DNA of 63,282 nt, the filler included, from Octopus bimaculoides (Eukaryota), in the NCBI RefSeq assembly GCF_001194135.2. It is 3 parts of 3 records of this genome, joined end to end, with 100 filler letters (N's around TTAATTAATTAA, not from the genome) between each part and the next. Parts side by side here need not be neighbours in the genome. Positions count along the whole stretch, not along the records: positions 1 to 29,481 come from NC_069000.1; 2 more parts are not named here. One strand, given 5' to 3'. Below the pieces are notes generated by a model, which was not told the origin of the DNA, searched no databases, and worked only from the letters and a program-made list of their open reading frames with translations. Of the stretch, positions 1 to 14,700 are shown in pieces. Numbering within the stretch: position 1 is the stretch's first letter; each line of letters opens with the position of its first letter. The position numbers were made by a program, and so were the translations under genes.

Positions 1-38
<38 letters not shown>

Positions 39-1528
39 GCATAGATACAGACATATATGTGCGTGTATATGTGTGTTTGCATGTGTGTAGCGTGTGCGTT
101 GTGTGTGCGCGCGAACACATTTGAATATTAATTTAAATGACTGTAATAAAAATATTTCGGTTAAGATATAAATTTATAGATTTCGATATTATGAAATTTA
201 TTCACTTTGAAGTTGTGTCGATAACGCTTCCCCTGCTGATTGATTAAGATGCTTATGATCTGTTTTCTCTTTAAACAGAACAGTCGTAGCCTAGAAGATA
301 TTCTATCTGCTAGCGTTGAACATTCTCTATATTAACGCGAAATTCATTACGCTACTTTAATTATTTTATCTATTCCTAAGGCTATGTTTCTATAGCCTTA
401 CTTTTCAAATAGAAATGGTAGTTTGAGTAATATGTGTTTGCGTGTAATCTTTTACGTTTTACTTTAAGAGCGATAACAGAATGCTTGACTGCCAGAATCA
501 GTGTCTTTACAGAGCTTAGTTTTGCCCCTTTACAATATGATAGTGTCGGCTTTGCATTTCACTCCACCGTGGTCTGCATCAGCAATAGACTGTAGCCTAT
601 AAAATCTAAAATCTCACGTTACAAAATTGTTGTGACATTGTATTATGTTGTCTCAATCAGTAGATCTCTTAATCTTCTTAGCCTAAAAAAAAAAAAAAAA
701 GCTACTCACATTTTTTTTTATATTTATTTCTAAAATAAACGGATTTCTACTTCGAAATTACTACAATATATTTCTTCTCTAAAATGATCTTTATTTACAG
801 TATCCTACAAAGTTGCAGTTAACATATTCATTGATTGTCCATCGATATATTTCAGAGTAAACTACACTCAATGAAAACTTTCGTAAACAAAATTATGTAT
901 ATCTTCTTACTGTTTTGAAACGTCTAACTTTCGTTTAACATATCAAGTTTATCTTCTTGTACTGCTAAAGATTAGTATACTACACTTTTTTTGACACTAA
1001 TCATCTGATATGCTTTTCACATTTTTAGATACCGTTTTATATATCTTTTGATAGATTTCTGTACGACTAATGTGAATAGGTAGCGAACAATCAAATACAA
1101 ACATCCAGAAACTTCATTTTAGAATAGCATTGATCTTGAAGTATATAGTTTTGTTGCATTTCTTCATAAATTAAATTAATCTATTACTCTAATATAGCAG
1201 TCATACTAGTTGAAAGCTGAAATCAACATCGAAGAACCATGGCTCAATTACTTTCTGCTTCTCTATATATTTTAGCCATCACAGATATCAATCCATTGAA
1301 TTTAAACATATCTTTTTTGAAATGAGTTGTTATGTCACTACTTCAGTGTCCTCTCAGTTAAAAGAAATCACTCATGTACCTTCTGGACAGTCACAACCAA
1401 ACAGTATACATTTACCAAATCATTTTTAATGTTCAGTCATTTCTCCGCCATTTTGTGCATTATATAAGACATTACAAAATGATCCGGAAGTCTTTGTAAG
1501 CTGTTACTAATACCGGACTAGCAGATAG

Positions 1529-1687
1529 CAAATACACATGAGTGATATGAAATCTTAGTCAGGAAGGGGAAAAACCCGGATAAACAAACAGGCATTACAT
1601 TAGATTAGAATTAGACTATAATAGTAATTATAACATTGATTTTATAATAAAGTACTTCGTAATAAGATACTGTAATATATAACACTT
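1529..1687 (+). repeat. Dispersed ~160-bp AT-rich repeat, copy 1 (copy 2 at 6320-6479)
   Basis: caaatacacatgag(t/c)gatatgaaat..aacaggcat(t/a)acattagattagaatta..tgattttataataaa..ttcgtaataa..tataacact is shared in direct orientation about 4.8 kb apart. Confidence 0.8.
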
Positions 1688-3392
1688 TTATACAATTTTG
1701 GTTTTACTGGTGTATCGTAAAACCTTTGAACGGGCCACTTGATAATTTGCATGAAGTTATCAAGCTGGGAAATATATATCTTAGAGAATAATAATGTACA
1801 TCAATGAATTTAACTGAGTTTCTTATTGTGCAAAGCATGTCATTTATCAACTAAAACCATGGAAGCACTCGATATAAGTAGCTATCTTATGGCTTATCGT
1901 GACTTGAAAATTTATGGAATATGAAAATAAATTGGAATTTTGGATTCACATTTATTGCTTGTATTCTGAAAAAATGTTGATAGTGAGTAATGATATAATT
2001 AAAAACATTAAAAAATACTAAGATTAAGCGAAAACTCTAAGGACTGGACAAAATGCTGTGGGTAGTCTTAAGCATTAATTAGTTTAGACAATGTAAATAA
2101 TTTGCATTGTGCAAAGTAATCAAGAGCTGATGTATCGTTTAACAACCAACTAGTTTTCTAAAGATGAGTTCAAGATCTCAGATTCTTAAATTGGGAAAAA
2201 ATCAGAATGTTTGATCTTTATGAATCTCGATAAAGAAAATGGCTACACACAATAATTGCGTAATTTGCATATCCCGCATCTTAACTATTTTCTGTGTGAG
2301 ACTCACCAGATAACCCTCTATATATTCCAAATTATGTCGCTAATCTAGAGCTGTTACCATCTTTGGATTCAAAATATCTTGCCTATACACGAATCTTAGA
2401 TTCGTTTCGTGCAGAACAAACTAATTTTTCCTTCCTCAGTCTGGTTAACTATAAGTTATTTATTATCAGATAAATAGTAGTACTTACTTAATTCAGTTTT
2501 ACTGCTGAATTTTTAAATCAAGTTATCAGTTTCTATCATATTTCTTTCTCCTTTAACATCAGTCACTTTGTATTTTCCGAAATATCTTTTTTCCCCCCCA
2601 AATATAATGCAGATATTATTATCCTCTGGCCAGTTCTCAACGACTAGACCAATGACCAAGCTATAATTATCCTGCTTCTTTTTTTTAACTTTTTTTTTTT
2701 TTACTAGACGGTGTTGTATCCTTTCATTTTTAAGAGTCTCATGAAATTTGAGAGAGATTTAACTGCTATTTTTAGTAGACCTATAGAAAGGCCTCTCCGT
2801 TGGCTCTTTAATAATAGAGGTATGTATTCAACTGGCGTCTAATATGAAGCTTACTGTCATTATTGAAAATATTGGAGAGGAACGAAGAAAGAAAGTCTCT
2901 TAGTAAGAGAAAAGCAATGCTACAACATATTCCGACAAATACACACACTCAGCCTCCTAAGTAGCCATGTATCTACCTTTGCAAATATAAATTGATAATT
3001 TTCTTTTGAGTTTTGCATGAAAACAGAGATGTTGCACACATAAACATACTAAAACAGATTACAGATGGAGTTAAATATACTGTTAAATATGCAGGGGTAT
3101 AAATTGTTGCAGAGAAAACCTATACATCTTTTGACTTTGATAGACAAATTAAGAATTTCAGGCATAAGTATTTGATTGAACGATCCTAGTTCATTAACAT
3201 CGGCTACAATGGTAAGAGCTATCGAGTATTTTGGAGGTGGTACTAAAAATGGTAAAGCCTCCAATATTGTGACTAACATTTCGTTAACCAACTTTCTGAA
3301 GTTATTTTGCCTATGCGCAGATTTGAGCCAATCACTGCAACTAACAAATCAATCGTCAATTATTGCAGGAGTCTATATTTACGGATTACACG

Positions 3393-3404
3393 CACGTACG
3401 CACG

Positions 3405-3467
<63 letters not shown>

Positions 3468-3692
3468 CCACACACCACACACACACACGCCAGCGCTGCG
3501 TGCGTGTTAAACGTATACATATTCAAATACATTGACAGCACACATTTATTGATCAAAGCATAAATACTTTGATAATGTGTAATTACAAGTCCTTCGTTAT
3601 ATTCAGTATAATATACTATCTCTGCTTCTCAGTCTTTTCTCTCTTTTTTTATTGACTTTATGATACCCATAAGCGCGCACGCACAAACACAC

Positions 3693-3746
<54 letters not shown>

Positions 3747-3920
3747 CTCTATCTATCTATCTCTCTATCTATCTATCTATTAGCTATCCATCTATGTTAG
3801 CTATGTTTCTATTTATCTGTCTATCTATTTTCTATGTATGTATGTATGTATGTATGTATGTATGTATGTATGTATGTATCTATATATATATATATGCGTG
3901 TGTGTGTGTGTGTGTGTGTG
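3393..3920. repeat. Microsatellite cluster (CA)n, (TATC)n, (TATG)n, (TG)n
   Basis: Directly visible. Similar (CA)/(TG), (TA), (TATG) and (GATA) tracts recur throughout the window (e.g. 4597-4692, 23880-24105, 31996-32180, 56981-57058). Confidence 0.97.
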
Positions 3921-4592
3921 TTGCAGCATATATGTCCGCGAAATAAACGTCTGCTTATTTTCACGCATTTTTTACGTCTGTCTTTCAAACCTCTTCAAAA
4001 ATGTTATGCATAAATGAACCCACACACATACACACAGGCATATACACATGCACATACGCGCTCATTTGCATACACACGCATGCGTGCACTCATACAGTCA
4101 CAATGCGAACAGTTCCTAGCATATGTTACCTTTTAGCCCAAGATACTCTCTGTAAGAGGTGTTCTCGCCGTTAACCACTTATCTATTATACTATACTATA
4201 CTACTTCAATCCAGCACTATATTCCAATGGGCCTTTCTCTTTCTTTAAGATGATAAAATATGATTTGAGGGCGATTTTGCTGCTATATTTAGCAGTCTAA
4301 TGACGAAGTATAGACTTCTCTTTCGCTTGAAATATATAAGTATGGTGTTTGTGCTATATACGCTAATAATGAATTGAAATGTTCATTATATATACATTCG
4401 TATATGGCGCCGATATACAAACGCATGTGTGACACGTGTTTTCATACTCTCCACTCGTTTGGTAAGTATGCGTGCGTAACTGTGTATGCACGTGTGTACC
4501 TCGTTACCAACGAGTGTTTGCATGCGTGTAAGTACGTTTGTAAGTAAAAATATTCACATGTTTTAACTTATCTCGAATACATATATGTACAT

Positions 4593-4695
<103 letters not shown>

Positions 4696-5513
4696 TGTGC
4701 ATATACATTATAGTGTAGAATTTAATTTAATGGGAGCGTATGCTTAGCGATATTGCCTTATTCCGTGGACATTCCTTGTGCTAAGTGTCACCGTGTCCCG
4801 GGTACCAATTCGACGAGAACATTACAAGGAATTTTAAAATTTGACGCTACCTTTGCTGCACCATGACACATACAGCTAGTCAACGACGAAGATGGATATT
4901 GCAAGAGGTTGATAACAGAAAAAAAAAGAAAGAAAAATAACGAAAAAAAAACTATACTAACAAATTGAGGTTGAACATTCACTAACAAACAGAACGTGGA
5001 TGTCGGCAGCGGCAACATCAACATGAGCCAACTATACACTTTAGAAATAAATAAACGAAAGCAATTCATTAAGTCAATGAGATACAACACAAAAATATTG
5101 TAAACGCCAAATATGGACAATCAAGGGAATATAGCGGACAGGGAAACAAAGGGCTAGACAATAACAAGCAAACGTACAACTCAGTCAGACATTACAACAG
5201 CAAGGCCAGACGTTCAATAACACTTTACACAGACACAGACACAAGACAGGCAGCGGCATAGTGGAAGGAGACAGCAGCAACATCAATACAAACAACTTTC
5301 TTTTGTTATGTGGTGTTATTATTTTCCACTGCAGTCAGTCGATCTGTCTCTCTCTTCGACTATTAGGGGAAAGTGGAAGGGTTTCACAACAAATATTTCA
5401 GCCTTTTAGTATTATCTTCAAGATCGTCAATCTGCTGCTCACATGACAGACACCCAACGGCTAGTCAACTCAATATGATTCTTTTACCTCACAAATCACA
5501 ACTTGACTTGGCT

Positions 5514-5551
<38 letters not shown>

Positions 5552-6808
5552 GTGGGATATCCTACATTAATTTTACAAGAATATAAATAAAACATAAAAA
5601 AAAGACAGAGTTGCAACTCTTTTAAATAAAATAATATATTCCTCTATACACGATCATACAAAACCCTTTTTTGTATCTATTTTTACTCACACACACACAT
5701 ATATATATATATAAATATAAACACACATACATACATACATATGTGTGTGTGTGTGTACACCCTGCATGCACACAGTTTATCATTTAAAGGTTCACTTCTT
5801 GAAAAAATCAACATAATTTCCTTTGTTTAAGCTATTTTTTAACGACAAAGATTTAAAATCCGTTATGAGCAAATAAGAAAATACGGGAAAATCCGATAAA
5901 AAAAAACAAAAAAAAAACGTCTTCCAGATAACAGATTGAAAAGGGTGAGCTCTGAAAAGTAGAATTTCAACCGTTAGATAAAATTTTAAATAGTTTAATG
6001 TTGGTAAATTTTATAATATATAAATCACACTATAAATGTTTATTTCAAATTCAAGTGAGTCAACAAAACATGCAAAGTCTAAAGGAAAAGAAAAAATAAA
6101 AACAATGATTAATTCTTACGTATTTACTCTCTTGGAATTTCTAGTTAAAGTTACATAATGTATTGAAATATCCACGAAGTGAATTAAATCTTTAAAAATA
6201 TTTTTCTTTTATATTTTTAATAGTCAAACATGAATGTAAAATGACTTTTTGATATAACTCTTTTTATCATATAGTCTAAGGTAGATCTCGCAACCTTACA
6301 AAGCGTTCTTGAATAAGAACAAATACACATGAGCGATATGAAATATTAGTGGAGAAGGAAAAAGAAAACGGCTAAGCTAACAGGCATAACATTAGATTAG
6401 AATTATATTATAACATTAATTATAACTGATTTTATAATAAATTATTTCGTAATAATATACAGTAATATTATATAACACTGCTGTGCAATTCACATAGTTC
6501 TGTAAGTAGATGTCTATAAAGAAAGTTTAGGTTTTATTTCGGGATGAGAGGATTTGGGTAAAATGATTAGTATGGGATTTGGAAAGTAAAACAGAATAGG
6601 AATAAGAAAAAGAGGAAAATTGGGTTCATCAGCTGGAACAGAGCTTGCTACGACAAAAGAATAGAGAGCATTGAAGTAAATGCAGAGGAGTCATAGAGAC
6701 AACACAAAATATTGTTGGGATATAGACTTATCAATGTGATGACCTCATTTTAAATACGACCTGAAAATGTGTGTGCTTTGTCCCATATGGGTGAGTAATA
6801 CTCTAGAA

Positions 6809-7060
6809 CAGTGTTTCTCAACCATTTTTTTTACCTATGGACCGCTTCGATTCCTCTCTTACTCGAATGGACCCTTCCAACCATTCGATGTTAAAAAAAT
6901 TCCATATCTTTTTAATTAAATATCATTGGGAATTGTATAAAATGTTGTTGAAATATTTTGTGTATTGTAAAAGTATAACGAATTTACTGGATATAAATTT
7001 TAACAACGAAATCTTAAGTGGATTCCCAAGGACCATATGTACCCCGGTTGAGAACCATTG
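6809..7060. mobile_element. hAT (Charlie-type) non-autonomous element / MITE
   Basis: TIRs cagtgtttctcaacc (6809-6823) and ggttgagaaccattg (7046-7060). The 8-bp flanks ctctagaa (6801-6808) and ttctcgaa (7061-7068) match at 6/8 and fit the NTCTAGAN target preference of Charlie elements. Confidence 0.85.
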
Positions 7061-10000
7061 TTCTCGAAGGAACGATTTCAAGTGATTAAAAAAAAAAGGA
7101 AAGAAACAGACTAAAATAAAAATAATTCTGAACCGTATTCGTTAAGTTCAAAACAATTTAGCAATAAGACAATATTTCGCGGTAACTATTTAGTTATTTC
7201 CTTCCAAGGTAATAATTTATTTTTACGTTGTACATTTTAAATAAATGTTCGCCAAAAAAAGGAACGAAAAAGGAGGAATTGTCGATTCAACATTGCAAGG
7301 ATTTAGTGAACAGAAGTAAATATGAGTTGGATCCCGAGTAAGTAAGAATATATATGAATGGATGGTTCTACAATTTTTATCTCTCAGTTTCTCATTAGAC
7401 AATGAGAGAAACATTCTCTCTCGCATAGAAACAATTGTTATATTTTGTAAAGTTCCAGTTGTTAGTCAATGTTATTATAAGGGTGACCCCGAGTGTAGAT
7501 TGATATCGCTACATTTCCAACAAACGAAACGGAATTTTCAACAATTAGGAATATATTTCGGTTGAAATTTGTTTAAAAAAAATACGTTACTTGCTTAATA
7601 GTTCGAGGTATGCAAATAGAAGAATATTTTTTTAATTATTATATTAAACCAGATCAATGACTTTTGTGGTCATGAACATTCAGAGTTTTAAGTAAAATAG
7701 TTTTCAGTCTGTTACCCAGTTCTCAAAATTTCTTCTCTTACTGTGTTTAAATTCATTTAGGTTGATTCCATATCAGGAGAAAACGATTTAAACAAAGTAA
7801 CTACAGAGTGCGACAACAGCTTACAACGAATACACATACACATACACACACAAAGTGTGTGTGTATGCATACATGTATGTATATCTATGAATACACATAC
7901 ACACATATAATACACATAAACACACAGTAACACTTACACACACACACACACGCACGCAGAAACGCACACACATACACGCATATTCATGCATACTGACAGA
8001 CTGATATATAAACAGACTCATATACCTGTGTATCTCTAATGTACATGAAACATACTTCATAACACAGAAACATTGTTATAGTTTGTATCAAACTGCTCCC
8101 GTGATTTGGCTTTTCAAAGAATACAAAATAGAATCACAAAAATAATTGCCCTATTGTTAATGAGGATTAAAAAAAAAACTTTTGACTACTTTACAAGAGT
8201 TTAAGTTCACAATTTAGAAATAAATTAAATCGTTTAATTGACAAATTAGAAATACATATTTTAATCATCTACGTGTGAATGCATTGTACACATGCATATA
8301 TGTACAAGCACAAGCTTATGTACACACACACATACATACATATATATAAACATATATAAATATATACATTTATTTACATGCATATACACACACAAACATG
8401 TACAGACACTAACACAAATATATGCAACATCATACGAAATAATTACGACATAAAGTTATATAAAAACATAATGAAAGGTAAATAAAGGACCACACTAAAA
8501 TATTTTAGAATAATTGCTAAGTTCGTTAATTAGTGAATATTTCACAACTGAGATGGCTCAAAGACATTCCAAAGTGGGAGACGAGGTTTTTTGTTTTTTA
8601 CTATTTCAAAATAATATCTGTTCTTCACTGCTGCGTTGGTGAATATTGCATTAATATATATGTATACCCAACGTGGTAGCAGAAATTACTCGTAACGAAA
8701 CTGACAGATTTTCCCTGTGTGCTGCATCTGATGAGCTATGGAATTCACTACAAACCTGTGTCACAGTATGTCGGGACATACTTCCTTCATGGTTGAGTAC
8801 ATAAAGAAATATATAAGTTTGCTATATATCTGCCATGATAGGGTGATGGCGTGAGTTTTTGGTAGAACTTATCAAAATGGAAGTAGGTCTTTTACGTACA
8901 CAATACTCATATCTTAGATACGACTTTAGATACCACTAGATAGCACTGTGGAGTTATCATAGTACAGATCTGACAAGCTTCTAAGCGTTTTATATTTCTA
9001 TGCTAAATTTAAATATTACTCTTCTCTCAGGTATATTCTATGTAGAATGTTATGACCGCTCATATGAAAACAAATATAAAATATCTGATCAACTGGAGTC
9101 ACCTCCATATTATTTTCTTTAGCTTTACTAGGGTAAGACAAGAATACTTTGAAGCGGCTCAAGCATTCTCCAAGTCCGAAGCACAAAAACTCTCTTTAAT
9201 ATCGTTTAGTTCGGTGGTGATTGCTTTAATAAGTAAAAAAATGTATCCCTACTGGATTATACACGAAAAATATTATTAGGAAGAATTCAATCACCGATTT
9301 CTCCAAGTAGAAAAACAATTTGGTAGCAAAATCCTGTTTATACACCAAGAAAGATTTAATACGTTAAACAAAAGAATAGATGTAGAAGCTTATGTAAAAA
9401 ATAGAGAAAAGTTTTTTTAAATCAGAACGGTAAGAATATCAGAAGAGACAGCTTTTATAAAGTTTGATAGTGTCATCAACATTTATTAGTTGAGGCTAAC
9501 ACATATACAGTTTATGTCACAGATCTGAATTTCAAACAACATCCAATTATTCTTTGCGTAAGGAGCAAATAATGTACAGGACTGTATCTAACCAGTCTGA
9601 GAGAGACTAACATGAACTTCAATAATTGTATGTTGTATCAAATCGAACTACATTGAAGTCAGTCGTCGATTATATAAACTTAAATGTGTATAATATTCGA
9701 TTTTCAAGACAGAAAATGCAAAGTTCTTGAGAATAAAGCGGATATCAGGACTTCTTACGAATGCTGCTCAGGAGAGTTCTTGATATTTATTCTGAAAAAT
9801 AGAACCTGGTTCAGCTGTTGAAGGCTACCAGACAGAAGAGTAAATCAGAAAATTATAAATAATCTCTATGTTATGAATAATCTCCAGAGAGATGTGTATT
9901 AATCATCCACCAATCAGCCTAGAGGCAAAAGGGGAATTTAATATCTACAGTTGTTCTTAATTTGCTTCAAGATACTGTTATTGCAAACATGCCTTGGTAA

Positions 10001-10779
10001 TGATTTCATGTATTTGGTTTGGGAAAAAAAAAATGAGTTTTGTATTTAATGCATATATCTTATGAAAAATAGTCAGATAAATAATTAAGTCTACAGTTAC
10101 ACGTGTATTTATCAATGTATCTTTTATATTCATGTATACATTCAAATCGCATCCATAAGTTCAAAAACATGCTCAAACACTTAAGACATGAATAGTCACT
10201 AGAAAATAATTTTGCTTTATTCAGCGTCTGCCTACTTGCCTCTGCCCACCCTCTCTTTCTATCTTGTTATCTCTTTCTTTTTCTCTCCCACTACGCATTT
10301 TCTAAGTACTCAAATATACAAGAATAGCTATAAGCTTTGTATTGTAGTAATATGACCATAAGTGAAAATGGCGGCGAGCTGGCAGAATCGTAAACACGTC
10401 GGGTAAAATGCTTAGTGGCATTTCTTCTGTTTTTTATGCTTTGTGATCAAATTCCGCAGAGGTCAACTTTGAATTTCATTCTTTTGAGGGTCAATAAAAG
10501 AAATACCTTGTTGAGTTCTGGGTTGGATGTAACAGACTTGCTCTCTTTCCCGAAATTGCGGACCTTGTCCCAAAAATTGAAACCAATATTAACAAGAAAA
10601 ATGTTTCTTCCCTTTTGCCACTGTAGAGCACCATTATGCGACTCTATTTTCGGGGAATGTATACCACTGTTGAAATATTGTTGTTTTGTTTGTTTCAAAG
10701 TGGGTTACTTGAGACTTCTTTCGTCTTTTACGTATTTCAGTGGAGCATCACCTTGAAGGATATTTAAGCGAATGAATCT

Positions 10780-10927
10780 ACCCCAATACTTTTTCTTTGA
10801 GTCTTATTCTATCGGTCTCTTTTGCTATAGTAGATGACACTTGCCCAAGGTGTCACTCAGTGGGACTGAACCTGGAACCATGTGGCTGGGAAGCAAGGTT
10901 CTTACCACACTTCCACACCTGCGCCTA
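10780..10927 (-). mobile_element. Family B SINE (internally deleted)
   Basis: Head taggcgcaggtgtggaagtgtggtaagaaccttgcttcccagccacatggttccaggttcagtcccactgagtgacaccttgggcaagtg (minus strand). Confidence 0.75.
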
Positions 10928-10950
10928 TATAGATTTTAATATATCGTTAG

Positions 10951-11138
10951 AACGTCGGGTGAAATACTTAAGTGGTATTTCGTCTGTCGCTACGTTTTGA
11001 GTTTAAATTCCGCCGGGGTAGACTTTGCCTTTCATCCTTTCGGGGTAAATAAATCCAGTATCAGTTAAATATTGGGGTAGATGTAATCAACTAGCCCCCT
11101 CTCTTAAATTTCAGTCCTTGTACCTATAGTAGTAAGGC

Positions 11139-11201
<63 letters not shown>
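10951..11201 (+). mobile_element. Family A SINE, 5'-truncated, with (TTA)n tail
   Basis: B-box-like gagtttaaattccgcc, core tttgcctttcatcctttcgggg, 3' ccttgtacctatagtagtaagg followed by (TTA)n. A separate head fragment lies at 10371-10420. Confidence 0.8.
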
Positions 11202-11202
<1 letters not shown>

Positions 11203-11651
11203 CATGTGAGAGAGTAGCGCATGCCATCAAAGTGACACCGGGGTAAAATATACGAAGTCCAGTATACCCATCATGACTATCCGTCTGATAAGGGTACACC
11301 AGGCACATGCATCACAACCATATGTGCGCGACATGGTGACCTCATATCAAGATAAACAGCGCATGACCTCGCAGGTGGGGCCCAGTTAGAATTTTCTTCA
11401 TGTTGAGTAGCCCCACTCGCTCAAAAGGTTCCTGAATAAGGGTCGTTTAAAAATGTTGAACGAAACGCCCATGTTTCCAAAGGTGAACTATCCAAACCCC
11501 AAAGAATTCCTCTCAACACATGGTTATGATGCTCCTCCATTACTTCTGCTCGTGATCAGCGATGCACATATTATCAGAGACATGCTCAACTAGTTAAGGT
11601 CAAACAACGGACAAACACATTTGTGGTATTGAGTAGAATATTTTCAGTAGC
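11202..11651 (-). mobile_element. Unclassified interspersed repeat (possible retroposon 3' end) lying between two (TTA)n tracts
   Basis: Higher-GC, non-simple ~450-bp block whose minus strand ends directly in (ATA)n. It resembles a common Octopus repeat from memory. No coding motif was found. Confidence 0.45.
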
Positions 11652-11692
11652 CTATCTTTTATACCAAGACAAAACAATGTACATGATAACAC

Positions 11693-11754
<62 letters not shown>

Positions 11755-14700
11755 ACTGTAACAAATGAGTTCTTCGAATTTTCATATGACCCTATTTCTT
11801 GGAAAATTTTGAGTCGTATTAATCTTCTTTCCATTGTTCTCAAAGCTGCCATGTTTACAGATTAAAAATGAGCCACTGTGAACTACTTTATATATTCACG
11901 CGACCAGTTAGAAATTGCAACTAAATTCGCTTCATATCACATCCTAACGTCTTTAAAAAGAGAAGTCATTCATTAGTGCATTTACATATAAATTATTCTT
12001 TTTTAAAAAAATTGGTTTATCACGAATGGAATGTGATTTGGTCAAAGATCAGCTACAACTAAAAACTTTTCTTTTCAAAAAGAATGCAAAGTTTGCAAGT
12101 GACGTCAGGCAATTCAAGCTATCAAGTTTAATGAAATTTTTGTTAAAATATTGTCAACTGTTGTTTGAGGCAAACATTTATTATGAATTACACAAGATAC
12201 AAAGAGTCAATTTACTTGAAATATCTTTGTATATCACAGAAATACTATAACGTTAATGAATAATACAATAAAAATAGTTATTGACTCTCGCCATACAGCT
12301 GCACTTGAAAAAATATGTATATGTATGAAACAAAATACGTTCCCAAACCGACACACGAACACAAAAATACAGAGACATATTATGATGACTACAGATAACA
12401 AAAACAACACAGCTGGTAATTTATTTGGATAGAATTAATCTTGAATTTTAAAGCAAAAGTATTTAAGTGCCTTAAATACTGTTAGCAGGACACTGCAACG
12501 ATGTTATCTATATTTTTTAGTGAAATTTCGTAAAAAGCGGGAAAAAAAATCCATGATATTTTGGCAGATTGGGTGTTTTAAAACCCCAAGAAGATAAATA
12601 CAGAGTGAGTTTGTGAGATAATCTTTATCATGCACATTCACACATGTGTGAATGAAACATATTTGTCCTTTTATGTAAACTAATGACCAAAATACGATTC
12701 CATATATACATACACACTAATACACATACACAAACACACAAAACACCACACTACACAATCTGTTTATTTTCTCTTGATGTTTATCTAATGAAGTTATGAA
12801 CAGACACATGCAGACATTATGGAAGCTGTCGGTATGTTTAGATAAGTTTTGATCAAGTTGAACATGTTGCACTATTAGTACGTTATACAATATAAAAGTT
12901 CAAGTGTGTTCGTATGTGTGCAAAGTTCTTCAAGACAGAGTTTGTGTACTTGAGAATGTATAATTTTTCTGAATAAGTGTTTATAGTATTTAATGTGTAT
13001 ATGGATCTAGTTTGAAAACACTATTCTCAACAGATATTATTCACAAAATTTAAATGTAATCTTTCAGTTACATTTTGTACTGCAACGCTCTATAGTAGCT
13101 TCTGCTTGGTGCTAAGCAGTGACTTTTACTGCAGTTCCTTAATATGTATTTCATTGGGTAGAAATATTCCTTGCTAACAGTTCTATAATATGGTTTTCGA
13201 GTCGTTATAGTAAATGGAGAACATTTAATGAGTGAGTGTTGAAATATCAACTCAGACTAAAACCTAATGCAGAAATCGTGCAATCGGTGACCTCACAAGT
13301 CAAGTTGGTTCTTGCAGAAAGGGTAAGATATCAGGCGGAAATAGAAGACGCTGGCCTCCCCAAGTCTGTGACTTTGCGACTTGACAACAGGTCATTTACC
13401 GCTTAGCATATATATATATATATATGTGAACTGTATTTTTAGTGGATTGAAAATCGGCTCTGGATGGTCGAACTTTTTTAGATAGAAAACTTTGGTAAAG
13501 ATCTTCCCTATTTATTTCACATTCACAACACAGGAAAAATTTCATCCCAGAATATGCTCTGGCTTCCAACGGTGTCTGACTGTTTATATGACTCTTAGAC
13601 CAAACCTCTTAGACTGTATTCCTCCGTCTAATGAGGATGGTGTCACTCACCAATATACTTCAACCTCCAGTAACAGACGGGATCTTTCTATTTTGTTCCT
13701 TTATTTGGCTCTTTCTATTACAATGGCGTCAACTGCTTTGTTGTGTATCACCTCTACTCAAGCCCACGCTATCCATACATCTCTTTTGTTCTAGTCAACC
13801 GTGCAGTGTTTTCTCTAGTTCTGCACTAACTAATGTGTTCAATCTTTCCATCTTTTGGAATTACTTCTCTCTCATATATATTTTTCTTGCGGCCGTCGAT
13901 TTACATTTGTTCAAGATGATCGTTAATCATATCAATATCGGCTCCTTCGGAGGTCCTGTGAGAACTATGGGTATAGTTTCTTCTTTCTAACTTAAAAACC
14001 AATACAAAAATATCAACGATAATTACAAACTAGGACTTAGTAACTCTCATGAGGCTCGATATCACACAAAATTCTGAGGAAATCTCTGGCTGGCCTGTCC
14101 TATGAGTATCATACAATCTTCAGGGCATAACAGATGCTAAAAGAAGTTTAGAATGTTAACTTCTTTTATACCCATCAAAGTTTTAGTTTCATATGTTTTT
14201 AAAGAAACAGTGAAAGGTAATTTTATATATGGAAATGTTTAACAAACGAGAGTTTCGTGTCTGGAGCGGGGAAACATATCAGTCGGTAGACGGACGGTCC
14301 AGTTAAGTTGATTATCCTCTGTTTTTTCTCACCCTCCAGGCAATCGAGAACTAGGACATCATAATTGCCGCAGTGATCAAAGAAGTTATTGGGCGGCGTT
14401 TATCTTGGACTAAATTATCTTATGTGTACCGTTCATTTTTTATGACGTGCCGTTCATTTTTTATGAAGAGATTTGACTGTTATTTCAAGCCAATTAATCG
14501 ACCAAGTAGGGACTGCTGGTCAGTTCGTATAAATGTTGTTTAACCTCCAAGTCAATTCTGATCAACCAGGACTATAATCAAAAGCATTTCAACAATATTA
14601 TTATTTTTTTTTTGCAAGTAAAATGTCCAGATAAAATAGTGTGCTCTGAGAGAAATTTGGCTGCTGTTTTTTAGTTGTCATCTTAATGAAGATTTTGTAT

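Noticed and set aside
9040-9830. Scattered RT-like words (KFDSV near 9460; ADI/GLLTNAAQE near 9740)
   Set aside because: The matches are too short and in different frames to support a LINE call without a profile search.
14320-14420. Strong-looking splice acceptor ttttttctcaccctccAG at about 14339
   Set aside because: All three downstream frames stop quickly or show no GPCR similarity. It could be a UTR exon, but there is no evidence.
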